DNA of 36,855 nucleotides from Cyanobacteria bacterium J06626_4 (GCA_038523235.1 JBCBJQ010000058.1:1-36855); one strand, 5' to 3'. Positions 19,911 to 29,443 are shown, counted from the stretch's first letter. The notes: a model not told the origin generated them from the letters alone. Program-made: numbers and translations.

Positions 19911-19946
19911 CAGTAGATATAACTCACCGTCACCAGCACCACCTAG

Positions 19947-21062
19947 CTACGAATTCCACTGATTGTTCAGAAAGTCACCAATGGTTTTAGTCCAGCGGGG
20001 CTGATCAACCGTGACTAACAGGCTGTGCCCCGTATTGGGGAATACCGCCAGTTCTTTGTTGCCCTGCAAGTTGTCATAGATATCCTTGATTTCCTCTAGG
20101 CTTGTCCAGCGGTCTTTTTCACCATGAAGAATGAGCGTTGGCACCGTCACCGACTTCGCGTAGCGGGCGGGATTATGGGCAAATCCGTTGTAGCCATGTT
20201 GCACGCTGCCCCAAAACACCAGCAGTTCTGCCAGCCCAGTCGTAGGGAAGTCCTGGGCCTTCATACGAGTTTTGACCGCGCTCATAAAGTGGGCAAACGG
20301 CATTTCTAGAATGGCGGCATCGGGCTCCAGGCCATTCGCGATCGCCTTGAGAATCGCGGCACTGCCCGCCGACACGCCATAAACCACGTAGGGTTTGGGC
20401 AAGCCAATAGTCTCAGCATGAGCCATCGCATAGGCGACATCTTTAGATTCGCGCAGGCCCAGGGTGGCACTGTTACCGCTAGAGCCGCCTTGCCCCCGAA
20501 AATCGACCATCAGGGTGTGGTAGCCCAACCCGTTAAACACACTGGCAGACAGCATGAGCTGATGAGCTTTGTTGCCGCCGTTGCCAGGAAACAGCAGCAC
20601 CGTGCCCTTCGCCTCGCCATAGTACGGAATGCGCCAGGCTTCCAGCCATTCGTCTTCGTTAATGACGATGCGTTCAGTTGCGTAGTCGAGGCCAAATTCG
20701 GAGGGTTGACGGGCGTTTTCCGGCTTGGGGGCAAAGGCTAGGCCAGGCAAAATCGAGTCGTTGAAGTGGGTGAGCGTGTAAGCCCCAAAGAAGGCCAAGC
20801 CATTCAGCAAGAGTACCAAAACGCCGACAAAAAAGAGGATGTAAATCCGGCTTTTTTGGGTGAGCAAACCCGCGAGGATAAAGGCGACACAGCCAATACC
20901 TGCGAGCCACAACGCCAACGTCATCAGAGGCAGCTGACTCGCCGCAAATTGACTCTGGGGTTGTAAAAAGAACAGCCCGATCGCCCCTAATGCCAATGCT
21001 CCCCAAGCCACAAAACCAATCTGCAAAAAGACCAGGCGGGTTCTTGAGCGCGAGCGAATCAT
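19947..21062 (-). CDS. Membrane-anchored alpha/beta hydrolase
   Basis: Three N-terminal transmembrane helices; DFRGQGGS, GVSAG nucleophile elbow, HGEKD and GH motifs. Confidence 0.9.
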   Translation of the reverse strand: MIRSRSRTRLVFLQIGFVAWGALALGAIGLFFLQPQSQFAASQLPLMTLALWLAGIGCVAFILAGLLTQKSRIYILFFVGVLVLLLNGLAFFGAYTLTHFNDSILPGLAFAPKPENARQPSEFGLDYATERIVINEDEWLEAWRIPYYGEAKGTVLLFPGNGGNKAHQLMLSASVFNGLGYHTLMVDFRGQGGSSGNSATLGLRESKDVAYAMAHAETIGLPKPYVVYGVSAGSAAILKAIANGLEPDAAILEMPFAHFMSAVKTRMKAQDFPTTGLAELLVFWGSVQHGYNGFAHNPARYAKSVTVPTLILHGEKDRWTSLEEIKDIYDNLQGNKELAVFPNTGHSLLVTVDQPRWTKTIGDFLNNQWNS

Positions 21063-21079
21063 GGCGGCTTCCCTGTACG

Positions 21080-23500
21080 TTAGCGTGGCTCTAGACGCTG
21101 GGCCTTGAGCAGCAAAGAGTTCACCACCACGGTCACTGAGCTAAAAGCCATTAGCCCCCCCGCCACGGCGGGACTCAGACTCATGCCATAGGCCGGCAGC
21201 AAAACCCCAGCTGCAGCCGGAATGCCAACTAAGTTGTAAGCAAAGGCCCAGGCTAGATTTTGCCGAATTTTAGCAACAGTTGCTCGACCCAGACGCAATG
21301 CCGTCAAAATTTCTGTGAGACGATCGCTCATCAGCACCACATCCGCCGCTTCGGTGGCAATGTCGGTGCCAGAACTGAGGCTAATGCCCACATCGGCCTG
21401 GGCTAAAGCAGGTGCATCATTAATGCCGTCGCCGATAAGGGCCACGCGCCGCCCCTGCTGCTGCAGATCAGCAATCACCTCAGCCTTACCGGCAGGCAAG
21501 ACCTCAGCGGTAATGTGCTCGGGAGCCAGGCCGAGGGGTTGGGCGATCGCCTGGGCCACCGCTGAGCGATCACCCGTCAGCATCTGCACTTCCAGACCCT
21601 GCGCCTGCAGGTTAGCCACCGTTGTCGCTGCCTCAGCCCGCACCGCATCGGCCACGGCTATCAGGCCCACAACGCGCCCGGCGAGGGCACCGTACACTGC
21701 CGTATGGCCGGGCGCGATCGCCGTCATGGCCTTAGTCGCCGCCTCGGGAATGGCCAGTCCCTGCTGCGCCAACCAATCGGCGTTGCCGATGAAAACTGGT
21801 TGGGCAACACCTTGGTGGGTTACCGTGGCAGCAATGCCCCGACCCGGCTGAGTTTGAAAATCTGTCGCTGTGGGGAGTGCCAAAGATTGCGCTGCCGCCG
21901 CCTGCTGAATGGCGATCGCCAGCGGATGTTGGGTGCCGCTTTCTGCCGCTGCCGCTAGGGCGAGCCACTCGTCGTCGGTCAGCGACGCGTCCAGCGCCTG
22001 ACAGTGAGTGACTTGCGGTTGGCCTTGGGTCAGGGTGCCGGTTTTGTCAAACACGACGGTGTCAATCTGGCTCAGCGTTTCGAGCACGTCGCCGCCGCGA
22101 ATCAGCAGCCCCCGTTCGGCCCCCAGTCCCGAGCCGACCAAAATCGCCGTCGGGGTTGCCAGCCCCAACGCACAGGGGCAGGCAATCACGAGCACGGCGA
22201 TCGCCAGCTTGAGGCTGATCAGCAGCGAGGACGACTGCAGCGTCATCACATGATCGGCATGCATTGCCCCCAGGGCGCTATTCATGACTTGGGGCCAAAC
22301 GGCCAGGCCGACAAAATACCAAAATAAGAACGTCAGGGTGGCGATGGTCAGCACCCCGTAGGTGAAATAGCCCGAGATCACGTCAGCCAGCCGCTGAATC
22401 GGCGCTTTACGCGTTTGGGCCGCTTCTACTAGCTGAATCATCTGCGCCAGCACAGTCGCGCCGCCGGTTTGCGTTACTTTGAGGGCGATCGCGCCAGTCT
22501 GGTTCAGGGTACCGGCCACGACCGCCGCCTCGGGCGCTTTTTCGACTGGTATCGATTCGCCCGTGAGCATTGACTCGTCAATCGTGGTTTGCCCCGCCAC
22601 AATCACCCCATCAGCCGGAATCGTCTCCCCTGGCAGCACCTGCAGCCATTCGCCCGACTGCACCGCACTGACAGGAATCTCCACACCCGGCTGCGTCACT
22701 CCCGCCGCATCGGGCATGCCAATCAGGCGCGCTTTGGCCGGTTGCAGCGCCATCAGCGATCGCAGCGCATCCGTCGCCCGAAACCGCGCCCGCTGCTCTA
22801 GAGTCCGTCCCAGCAAAATAAAGCTGAGCAGCATCACCGGCTCATCAAAAAAACATTCCCACCCCAATTGGGGCCACAGCAGCGCCACCACGCTGGCCCC
22901 GTAGGCACTCAATGCCCCCAGCGCTACCAGCGTATTCATGTTGGGCATGAGGTGACGAGCCCCCTGCCAGCCATCGACTAAAATGCCGCGTGCCGGCCAC
23001 AGCAACACCAAGGTTGCCAGAGCAAAGTGAAACCACAGGTCACTCAACACCGGAATCGCCACCCGGCCAAAGTGATGATGCAGGTGTCCCATCGTCGAGA
23101 GCGCTAGCAAGATCAGGGCGATCGCCAACCGCTGGAGCTGCTCGCGATTTTCCTGCTGTTTGCGCGCTAGCCAGTCGGTCAACCCCGACGTGCTGCTGGT
23201 GCCATCGGCGGCTTTGGCCCGCAGCTGTGAGGGAAAGCCCGATTTGGTCAGGCGATCGGCCAGGGATTGCGGATCGATCGCCGGCTCGCTGGCCGCTTCC
23301 ACCACGGCCACTTCGGTAATCAGGTTCACGGTGGCCGTCACCACCCCGTCGCAGGCGGTCAGCTGATTTTCCACCGCTCGCACACAGCCAGCGCATTTCA
23401 TCCCGCCGACGTCAAGCACATAGGATTGATGCGGTGGCGGCGTGCGATCGGCGCGGTCTTGCGGCACGGCGGCACCAGCAGAAGGGGGAGCTTTGAGCAT
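21080..23500 (-). CDS. ctaA: Cu(I)-transporting P1B-type ATPase, CtaA-like
   Basis: GMKCAGC metal-binding domain, TGES, CPC, DKTGT, HP, GDGINDAP, YN and MAFSS motifs. Confidence 0.9.
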   Translation of the reverse strand: MLKAPPSAGAAVPQDRADRTPPPHQSYVLDVGGMKCAGCVRAVENQLTACDGVVTATVNLITEVAVVEAASEPAIDPQSLADRLTKSGFPSQLRAKAADGTSSTSGLTDWLARKQQENREQLQRLAIALILLALSTMGHLHHHFGRVAIPVLSDLWFHFALATLVLLWPARGILVDGWQGARHLMPNMNTLVALGALSAYGASVVALLWPQLGWECFFDEPVMLLSFILLGRTLEQRARFRATDALRSLMALQPAKARLIGMPDAAGVTQPGVEIPVSAVQSGEWLQVLPGETIPADGVIVAGQTTIDESMLTGESIPVEKAPEAAVVAGTLNQTGAIALKVTQTGGATVLAQMIQLVEAAQTRKAPIQRLADVISGYFTYGVLTIATLTFLFWYFVGLAVWPQVMNSALGAMHADHVMTLQSSSLLISLKLAIAVLVIACPCALGLATPTAILVGSGLGAERGLLIRGGDVLETLSQIDTVVFDKTGTLTQGQPQVTHCQALDASLTDDEWLALAAAAESGTQHPLAIAIQQAAAAQSLALPTATDFQTQPGRGIAATVTHQGVAQPVFIGNADWLAQQGLAIPEAATKAMTAIAPGHTAVYGALAGRVVGLIAVADAVRAEAATTVANLQAQGLEVQMLTGDRSAVAQAIAQPLGLAPEHITAEVLPAGKAEVIADLQQQGRRVALIGDGINDAPALAQADVGISLSSGTDIATEAADVVLMSDRLTEILTALRLGRATVAKIRQNLAWAFAYNLVGIPAAAGVLLPAYGMSLSPAVAGGLMAFSSVTVVVNSLLLKAQRLEPR

Positions 23501-23623
23501 GACCAAAGAATACGGAACCTGCTTATAGTATTGAGCCTAAGGGCGAAAAATTAGAAGCGGGGGAAAACGTTGAGTTTTCTTTATTCAAAGATTGCATGGG
23601 CTATTCAGCATAGCTAAAAGGTA

Positions 23624-23646
23624 GGGTCAGGGTCTGAGGTCTGAGG
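23624..23646 (+). repeat. Short heptamer tandem repeat (GGTCTGA-type), STRR-like
   Basis: GGGTCAG GGTCTGA GGTCTGA GG in intergenic DNA. Confidence 0.4.
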
Positions 23647-23790
23647 CTAAGCGCAATGTCCAGTGTTCGGACTCCTCAAGCAATCTTGACAACGCCAGGG
23701 CGCTGAGGAGCAGGCAGGCTAGAGTGGTCGTCTTCTTTCAGAGAATTGGGAATCAGCCTGCAAAATTTCAGCGATCGCGATGAGAACACG

Positions 23791-24117
23791 ATGAATATTC
23801 TGTTTATCTGTAGCCGCAATCAGTGGCGCAGTCCGACGGCAGAAGCGGTCTGGCGCCGGTATCCGACCTTACAGGTGCGATCGGCAGGCACCAGTGACAC
23901 AGCCCGCCGAAAGGTGACCGCTCAGGATATTCAATGGGCTGACTACATCTTTGTGATGGAATCCCAGCACCACAAACGGTTACGGGAGAAGTTTCGTTCC
24001 CTCGTTGCCGATAAGGCGATCGAGGTGATGGATATTCCCGATGAGTACCGTTACATGGATCCAGAGCTTGTAGAGATCTTCCAGGCCGAAGCTGAATACT
24101 TCTTAAATCAGCGCTAG
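23791..24117 (+). CDS. Low-molecular-weight phosphotyrosine phosphatase-like protein
   Basis: ILFICSRNQWRS (CX5R), VRSAGT, WADYIFVME and DIPD motifs. Confidence 0.9.
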   Translation: MNILFICSRNQWRSPTAEAVWRRYPTLQVRSAGTSDTARRKVTAQDIQWADYIFVMESQHHKRLREKFRSLVADKAIEVMDIPDEYRYMDPELVEIFQAEAEYFLNQR

Positions 24118-25008
24118 AGCCCCATCTGCCATAGCGTTGCGGCATCCTCCTCCCAACAATGAAAAAGGGGCGGCTATAAACCGGTGGGGGCGGTGGGTCA
24201 GATATAGCGAAGGGATGAAGGCAAAAGGCAGAATTGAAAGCATCTCTATGCAAGGGTTATAGCCGTTGTCAGTATCCGAACCCGAGAGCTATAGCATTAG
24301 CCGCCGCAATCCCATCGACCACCAGCCAGAAATTTCGCACGGATTGGGTGCTTCTGCATTGGCACCAAGGGGGCCAACAACTCGGCGGGTACCGCTGTCC
24401 CGACGCCTGGGTTAACTGATTTGGGCGGTAGCTCAGCGTCAGACAGCGCCAGCGATGACCAGATCTAGCTGTGTGTATTTGGCACCGTGACAGACGATGA
24501 CCACAACGTTATCCTCATGCCTGAATACCGAGTTGCGCCAGTGAGCAGATTGTGGCCTTTTGGCGAGGAGTCGTCACTGACAATTGCGGCTTCAGATTGG
24601 CAATCATCTTACTTGCAGAAACAACTGTGCTCACCACGGTCGAGACATTTTACGTAGGCCATCCAGAGTTTTCCAAGTCCCAATTTCTAGTGCTCGAAAC
24701 AAGAAAATGGGAGCCTTATCACCGAGGAAGAACGATGTCCCACTATTGGAGCAGAGCGTATTGCTAAATAATAATTCGCTAGTTCTGTACGTCAATGATT
24801 GTGGAAGCTTCGTCAGGTCTAAGTTGTTGATGAGAAACTAGCATATCGCGCAAGCGTTGAGCCAGTGTTTAAGTCTCAGAGATCATGAGTCCGATTTATT
24901 GTTGCTTCCGATCCAGAAACGAGTCCTCTAAAAATCAATATCCGGCAGTTTTTATCCATCTGATATTCTCTGATTAACGCTGCCGCTGTCACCTTCTGGA
25001 TTACCGTC

Positions 25009-27390
25009 ATGATTGGCCTTCGTCATCTCAGCATCAAGTCAAAAATTCAGGTGATGTTGCTGGGTGTCAGCCTGATTTCGATTATTTCGATCAGTCTCCT
25101 AGGGTGGAGCTGGGCGCGGGCAGAGCTCAAGCAAAATATTTTTGACCATCTCACGAGCGTTAGGGCGTCAAAGACCTATCAGATTGAATCCTATTTCACC
25201 ACCTTCAAAAACCATGTTGAAACGCTCTGTGAAGACCGCATGGTGGTATCGGCGGTGCAGGAGTTTGATTCGGCCTATGATCAGCTCAACCAAAAAACAA
25301 CTCCAACAGACTGGGACGATGGCATTCGTGATTATTATGAGCAGAACTTTTTTCCTAAGTTGAGCGAGCATATTGCGGGTACGCCGAATTATGAAACCTA
25401 CGCCCCTAAAGGCCATGCAGCCCGTTATCTGCAATATCACTACATTGCGGCCAATCCCTATCCAGTAGGGCATAAGGATGCACTGACAGAGGCCAGTGAT
25501 GACAGCGTTTACACCGCTGTTCATAACCGGTACCATCACCTGTTTCAAAACCTCATTCAAAAGTTTGGCTACTACGACTTTTTTCTGATTGATCCCCACA
25601 CATCAGACATTGTCTATTCTGTCTATAAAGAAACGGATTACGCCACCAATCTCGACTATGGTCCCTACAGCCGCAGTAATTTAGCCGAGATCGTCGCAGC
25701 GGTGCAGGATAATCCTGATCGGGGCGCGATTCAAGTTGCAGATTTCAAAACCTACAAGCCTTCCTACGCGGCTCCAGCAGCATTTTTGGCGGGTCCGATC
25801 TACGATGGCTCCACCTTTGTCGGCATTCTCGCGGTGCAGATGCCGGTCAACGAAATTAATCAGGTTTTAACGGGAGGAAAGCACTGGGAGCAAGACGGAT
25901 TAGGTAAGTCTGGAGAAACCTACTTAGTCGGTGAGGATTATCTGATGCGCTCCATCTCTCGGTTTTTGATTGAAGACAAAGCAGGCTATGAAGAAGCCCT
26001 GCGTTCAACGGGGACACCCAGCCGAATCGTCAAGCTGATTGATCAATTAGATACCTCAATTTTGCTTCAGCGGGTGAATACAGAAGCGGCAAAAGAAGCG
26101 ATCGCCGGGCAGGAAGGAACCCAGATCATAAAAGACTATCGCGGCGTTCCGGTGCTGAGTTCCTATGCTCCTGTGAATTTGCCGGGGCTACAATGGGCGA
26201 TTTTATCGGAAATGGATCTAGCTGAAGCCTATCAGTCCGTCTATTCTCTCCAAACCTATTTGCTCATTTCAACCGTAATTTTGATGCTGGTTCTGACCTT
26301 TTTGGCCAGTATTATTGCTGCTAATTTTGTGAAACCCATTGATACCCTGATTGCGGCCTCCCGACAAGCAGAGTTGGGTCAAGAAGATGCCCATGTGTTC
26401 TTTGATTCCACCGATGAATTTAGCGAGTTGGCCGCTATTTTCAATACAGTTGTCCAAAGAATGCGCCAGCAAATTAACCACGTTGAGCAGCAATATTTTG
26501 ACGCTCAGGATATTTTGCAGAAACTCCTGCCAGGTGAGATTATCGAGCGCCTCAAGCGAAAAGAATCCTTGATCGCCACCCAGACCCAGCAGGTCACCGT
26601 TTTATTTGCCAAAATTGTTGGCTTGGGTTCCCTGTCTGAACAGCAGACCTCTAGCACGTTGACTCAGTATCTGACGGAGCTATTGAGTACCTTCAACCAG
26701 GCGGCCAAGCGCAATGATGTCGAGCCCTTTAAATTTGCTAGCGATCGCTACATCGCCACCTGTGGTCTCACGAAACCCAGACTTGACCATGAAAAACGAA
26801 TGATGGATTTCGCCCTCAATTTGCTGGAGCTCATCCAAGGTTTCAATAGTCGTCATCAAACCTGCCTGAGTTTGCGCCTTGGCATTCACACGGGAACTGT
26901 AGCCACCGGTCTTCTGGGTGATCAACCGTTAAGTTATGACCTGTTGGGCCAACCGGTAGCCATTGCCAGTGAACTGATTGACACGACGGACGTGAGTGTC
27001 ATTGTGACCACTCAAATGGTGCGAGATCGCCTCAAGGGGTTCTATGACTTTCAACCAGGCAGCAGTCTTTCCCTGAATAATCAGGTCAAAATTGACACCT
27101 GGATACTCCGCAAAGATGCCCTCACCGATCTGATCGGAGAACTCACCAGCGGCCTTTCTCAGGAGTTATCTTCAGAGGACTTAAAGCCTGAAATTAAGCC
27201 CGAATTGGCATCTCCAGATTTCCTATATAAAGACGAGTCATCGGATCATAGGACAGGCGAGGAAATCGCTCAGGTAAGTGCTCAACCGACTCAAGCGCCT
27301 TCTAAAGTCGCATCGTCGGCACCTACTAATGAAGCCTCAATTGTGGGTGATCTTGCCGAAGAACTGGGCCTTGACCCGTTTGATACTTAA
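25009..27390 (+). CDS. Membrane sensor (periplasmic Cache-like domain) - HAMP - class III nucleotide cyclase-like protein, catalytically degenerate
   Basis: Two transmembrane helices around a large periplasmic region (GLGKSGETYLVG, DYRGVPVLSSY), HAMP (PIDTL...DEFSELA..FN), cyclase fold (VTVLFA, RLGIHTG, YDLLG). Confidence 0.88.
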   Translation: MIGLRHLSIKSKIQVMLLGVSLISIISISLLGWSWARAELKQNIFDHLTSVRASKTYQIESYFTTFKNHVETLCEDRMVVSAVQEFDSAYDQLNQKTTPTDWDDGIRDYYEQNFFPKLSEHIAGTPNYETYAPKGHAARYLQYHYIAANPYPVGHKDALTEASDDSVYTAVHNRYHHLFQNLIQKFGYYDFFLIDPHTSDIVYSVYKETDYATNLDYGPYSRSNLAEIVAAVQDNPDRGAIQVADFKTYKPSYAAPAAFLAGPIYDGSTFVGILAVQMPVNEINQVLTGGKHWEQDGLGKSGETYLVGEDYLMRSISRFLIEDKAGYEEALRSTGTPSRIVKLIDQLDTSILLQRVNTEAAKEAIAGQEGTQIIKDYRGVPVLSSYAPVNLPGLQWAILSEMDLAEAYQSVYSLQTYLLISTVILMLVLTFLASIIAANFVKPIDTLIAASRQAELGQEDAHVFFDSTDEFSELAAIFNTVVQRMRQQINHVEQQYFDAQDILQKLLPGEIIERLKRKESLIATQTQQVTVLFAKIVGLGSLSEQQTSSTLTQYLTELLSTFNQAAKRNDVEPFKFASDRYIATCGLTKPRLDHEKRMMDFALNLLELIQGFNSRHQTCLSLRLGIHTGTVATGLLGDQPLSYDLLGQPVAIASELIDTTDVSVIVTTQMVRDRLKGFYDFQPGSSLSLNNQVKIDTWILRKDALTDLIGELTSGLSQELSSEDLKPEIKPELASPDFLYKDESSDHRTGEEIAQVSAQPTQAPSKVASSAPTNEASIVGDLAEELGLDPFDT

Positions 27391-27431
27391 GTATTGGAAT
27401 CCACTCGACGCTAAAAACTAGGGATGTCGCC

Positions 27432-28904
27432 ATGGAACAGAACCAAATTACGTGGGCCTTGATTTTAATCATGGCAGTCCCAGCTGGCTCAATTGGCCTG
27501 GGAGAAATCGTTTCACGCCTGCGCCTGCGCGGCCATCCTTTAGCGGATATGTTGCATAGTATCCGCGTATTTGTCTTGCCGCCCCTAGCGATTTTACTGG
27601 TGACCCTAAAGCTATTCCATGTACCCGCTGAAGACATCACAATACAAATCATTTCTACAGCGCTAGGATTGGCCATCATCTACAGCCTCATTGCCTTGGT
27701 AAATGGCATTCTAGTTCCAGGCAATCGTCAGTATGACTGGCAAATTGATGTTCCCAATTTACTTTTTCAGGTCGCTCGGGTCGGGGTTATTCTATGTGTT
27801 GCGGCTTATCTATTAGCGACCGTCTGGCAGGTAGATCTAAGCAAAGTCATTGCCGCCCTAGGGGTGGGGTCTTTAGTCATTGCCCTGGCCCTGCAAGATA
27901 CCCTCAGCAACCTGGTGTCTGGATTTTTGCTCATTTTCGAATCGCCCTTTCAGGTCGGGGATTGGGTTCGCGTTAATGAGGTCGAGGGCGAGGTTTTAGA
28001 AGTCAATTGGCGGGCTGTGCGGCTGAGGACGCCTGACCATGATGTGGTAATTATTCCCAACGGAATTTTGGGACAGGAGACCATCTATAACTACACGTTG
28101 CTCTATCCGCTCCATGGCGATCGCGTCACCTTTACCTTTTCTCATGAAGAAGCGCCCAATCGGGTCATTCCCGTTCTCAAGGCGTCGGCACTGGCGGTAG
28201 AGGGCATCTTGGCGGAGCCGGAGCCGGAAGTTCGGCCCCTGAAATTTACCGATCATCAAGCCGAATATGAGGTGCAATATTGTATTGCTGATTTCACGAA
28301 TGCGTCAACAATTCAGGGACAGTTTATTACGAATGTCTACTATGCGGCAAAACGCCATCGGTTGATGCCGCCGATGCCCTTCGAGAAACATTATGTGTTG
28401 CCGGATCATCCGTCTGATGGTCAGGATTATGTCCCTGATATTTTGAAAGCTCTCGCGGCTTTACCCATTTTTCGACTACTGGATGAAACCGTGCTCGACA
28501 CCCTGGCCCATCAGGCAGAGGTGAAATATTATGGCGCGGGTGAAAGCATTATTCACGCTGGTGAGATTGATGCCGGGATTTGCATTTTGCTCCAAGGCCA
28601 AATCACCCTTTCATGCCCTGATCATGCGGGTAATCCCCAGGTGGTTTCTTACCTTGAAACCGGTGATCTGTTTGGCGAAATGTCGCTACTGCGCAACGAG
28701 CCCAGCTGGGTTTCTGTGACGGCACTGCAAGATGTGGAACTCGTGGTGCTGAATGGTGATGCGGTATTTTCTGTTGCTCAACAACAGTCTAACTTCGCCT
28801 TAGAAATGAATCGCTTTATTGATGAACGGAAAAAAATGGTGCAACGCACTACAGAATCGAGTTCAGAGGCTGTAGTTATTGCTCCTCAGTCTGCAATATC
28901 CTAG
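27432..28904 (+). CDS. MscS-family channel with C-terminal cNMP-binding domain (bCNG-like)
   Basis: ALQDTLSNLVSG, PFQVGDWV, GEV..VNWR and IPN motifs; C-terminal GDLFGEMSLL. Confidence 0.92.
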   Translation: MEQNQITWALILIMAVPAGSIGLGEIVSRLRLRGHPLADMLHSIRVFVLPPLAILLVTLKLFHVPAEDITIQIISTALGLAIIYSLIALVNGILVPGNRQYDWQIDVPNLLFQVARVGVILCVAAYLLATVWQVDLSKVIAALGVGSLVIALALQDTLSNLVSGFLLIFESPFQVGDWVRVNEVEGEVLEVNWRAVRLRTPDHDVVIIPNGILGQETIYNYTLLYPLHGDRVTFTFSHEEAPNRVIPVLKASALAVEGILAEPEPEVRPLKFTDHQAEYEVQYCIADFTNASTIQGQFITNVYYAAKRHRLMPPMPFEKHYVLPDHPSDGQDYVPDILKALAALPIFRLLDETVLDTLAHQAEVKYYGAGESIIHAGEIDAGICILLQGQITLSCPDHAGNPQVVSYLETGDLFGEMSLLRNEPSWVSVTALQDVELVVLNGDAVFSVAQQQSNFALEMNRFIDERKKMVQRTTESSSEAVVIAPQSAIS

Positions 28905-29154
28905 AACGACCAGTGGGGTCGCGACTCAGCACAGCAATGAAGTCAAGAGATTCCAAGGTCTGCATGGAAAAACCATAGAATCTTAGTGAAGTCCCCGCAA
29001 AGTTTTGGGTGAATCGATAGAAACCTGAGCTAACCGCAGTCTACAGATCGCGATCGCACCACGGCGAGTGATTGTAGAGACTGTGAGTTTCCGGGAAGTT
29101 TCTAATGTCTCTTTAGAGCCGAGAGCAGACGGTCGAAGCGGAAATCTTGATGCC

Positions 29155-29239
29155 GTCTAACGTGAAGCTAAGCGGCAGCTAGTATTTTGGCATCCATCCC
29201 TAAATCGTAAAGTCCGTCCGCTCCTGCGTAGGGTTAGGC
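29155..29239 (-). other. Integron attC-like recombination site (85 bp)
   Basis: Minus strand: R'' GCCTAAC, 5 nt, L'' GCAGGAGC, GGAC ... GCC, L' GCTTAGC, 5 nt, R' GTTAGAC. Confidence 0.75.
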
Positions 29240-29330
29240 GACAGGGACCAGGAGCATTATCCGCCTCAGGACCTATGTTAGGCAGAGCCTGCCCAAGCTG
29301 AAAAATCTACGATTCAATCTCGTTTGGGTC

Positions 29331-29438
29331 TGATTCCCCGCTGCTTGCGGCGGAAACAACAACTCTGCAAGCTAAACCGCAGCTTTAGGAGCAGACTCTC
29401 TTGCCATACCCCGTCCGCTTGCGGCGGGGTTCTTGATT
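29331..29438. repeat. REP/IS200-IS605-end-like double-hairpin element
   Basis: Two related GC-rich palindromes, CCCCGCTGCTTGCGGCGG and ACCCCGTCCGCTTGCGGCGGGGT, starting about 70 bp apart. Confidence 0.6.
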
Positions 29439-29443
29439 CTTAT

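Noticed and set aside
24258..24295. CCGAACCCGAGAGCTA, resembling the 3' part of a c-di-AMP riboswitch
   Set aside because: The upstream conserved elements (GCTGAATCC, GGAACC, GGGGTGAATC) are missing; the TATAGC...GCTATA ends suggest a repeat remnant instead
24423..24450. GGGCGGTAGCTCAGCG..AGCGCC, resembling a tRNA 5' end
   Set aside because: No anticodon arm, TTCRA T-loop or matching acceptor 3' strand
24552..24841. Short plus-strand ORFs upstream of the cyclase gene
   Set aside because: Non-ATG starts, no motifs, overlapping frames
29003..29040. TTTTGGGTGAATC...GAGCTAACC, partially resembling a c-di-AMP riboswitch
   Set aside because: Too short, lacks the 5' conserved block, and has no same-strand gene directly downstream
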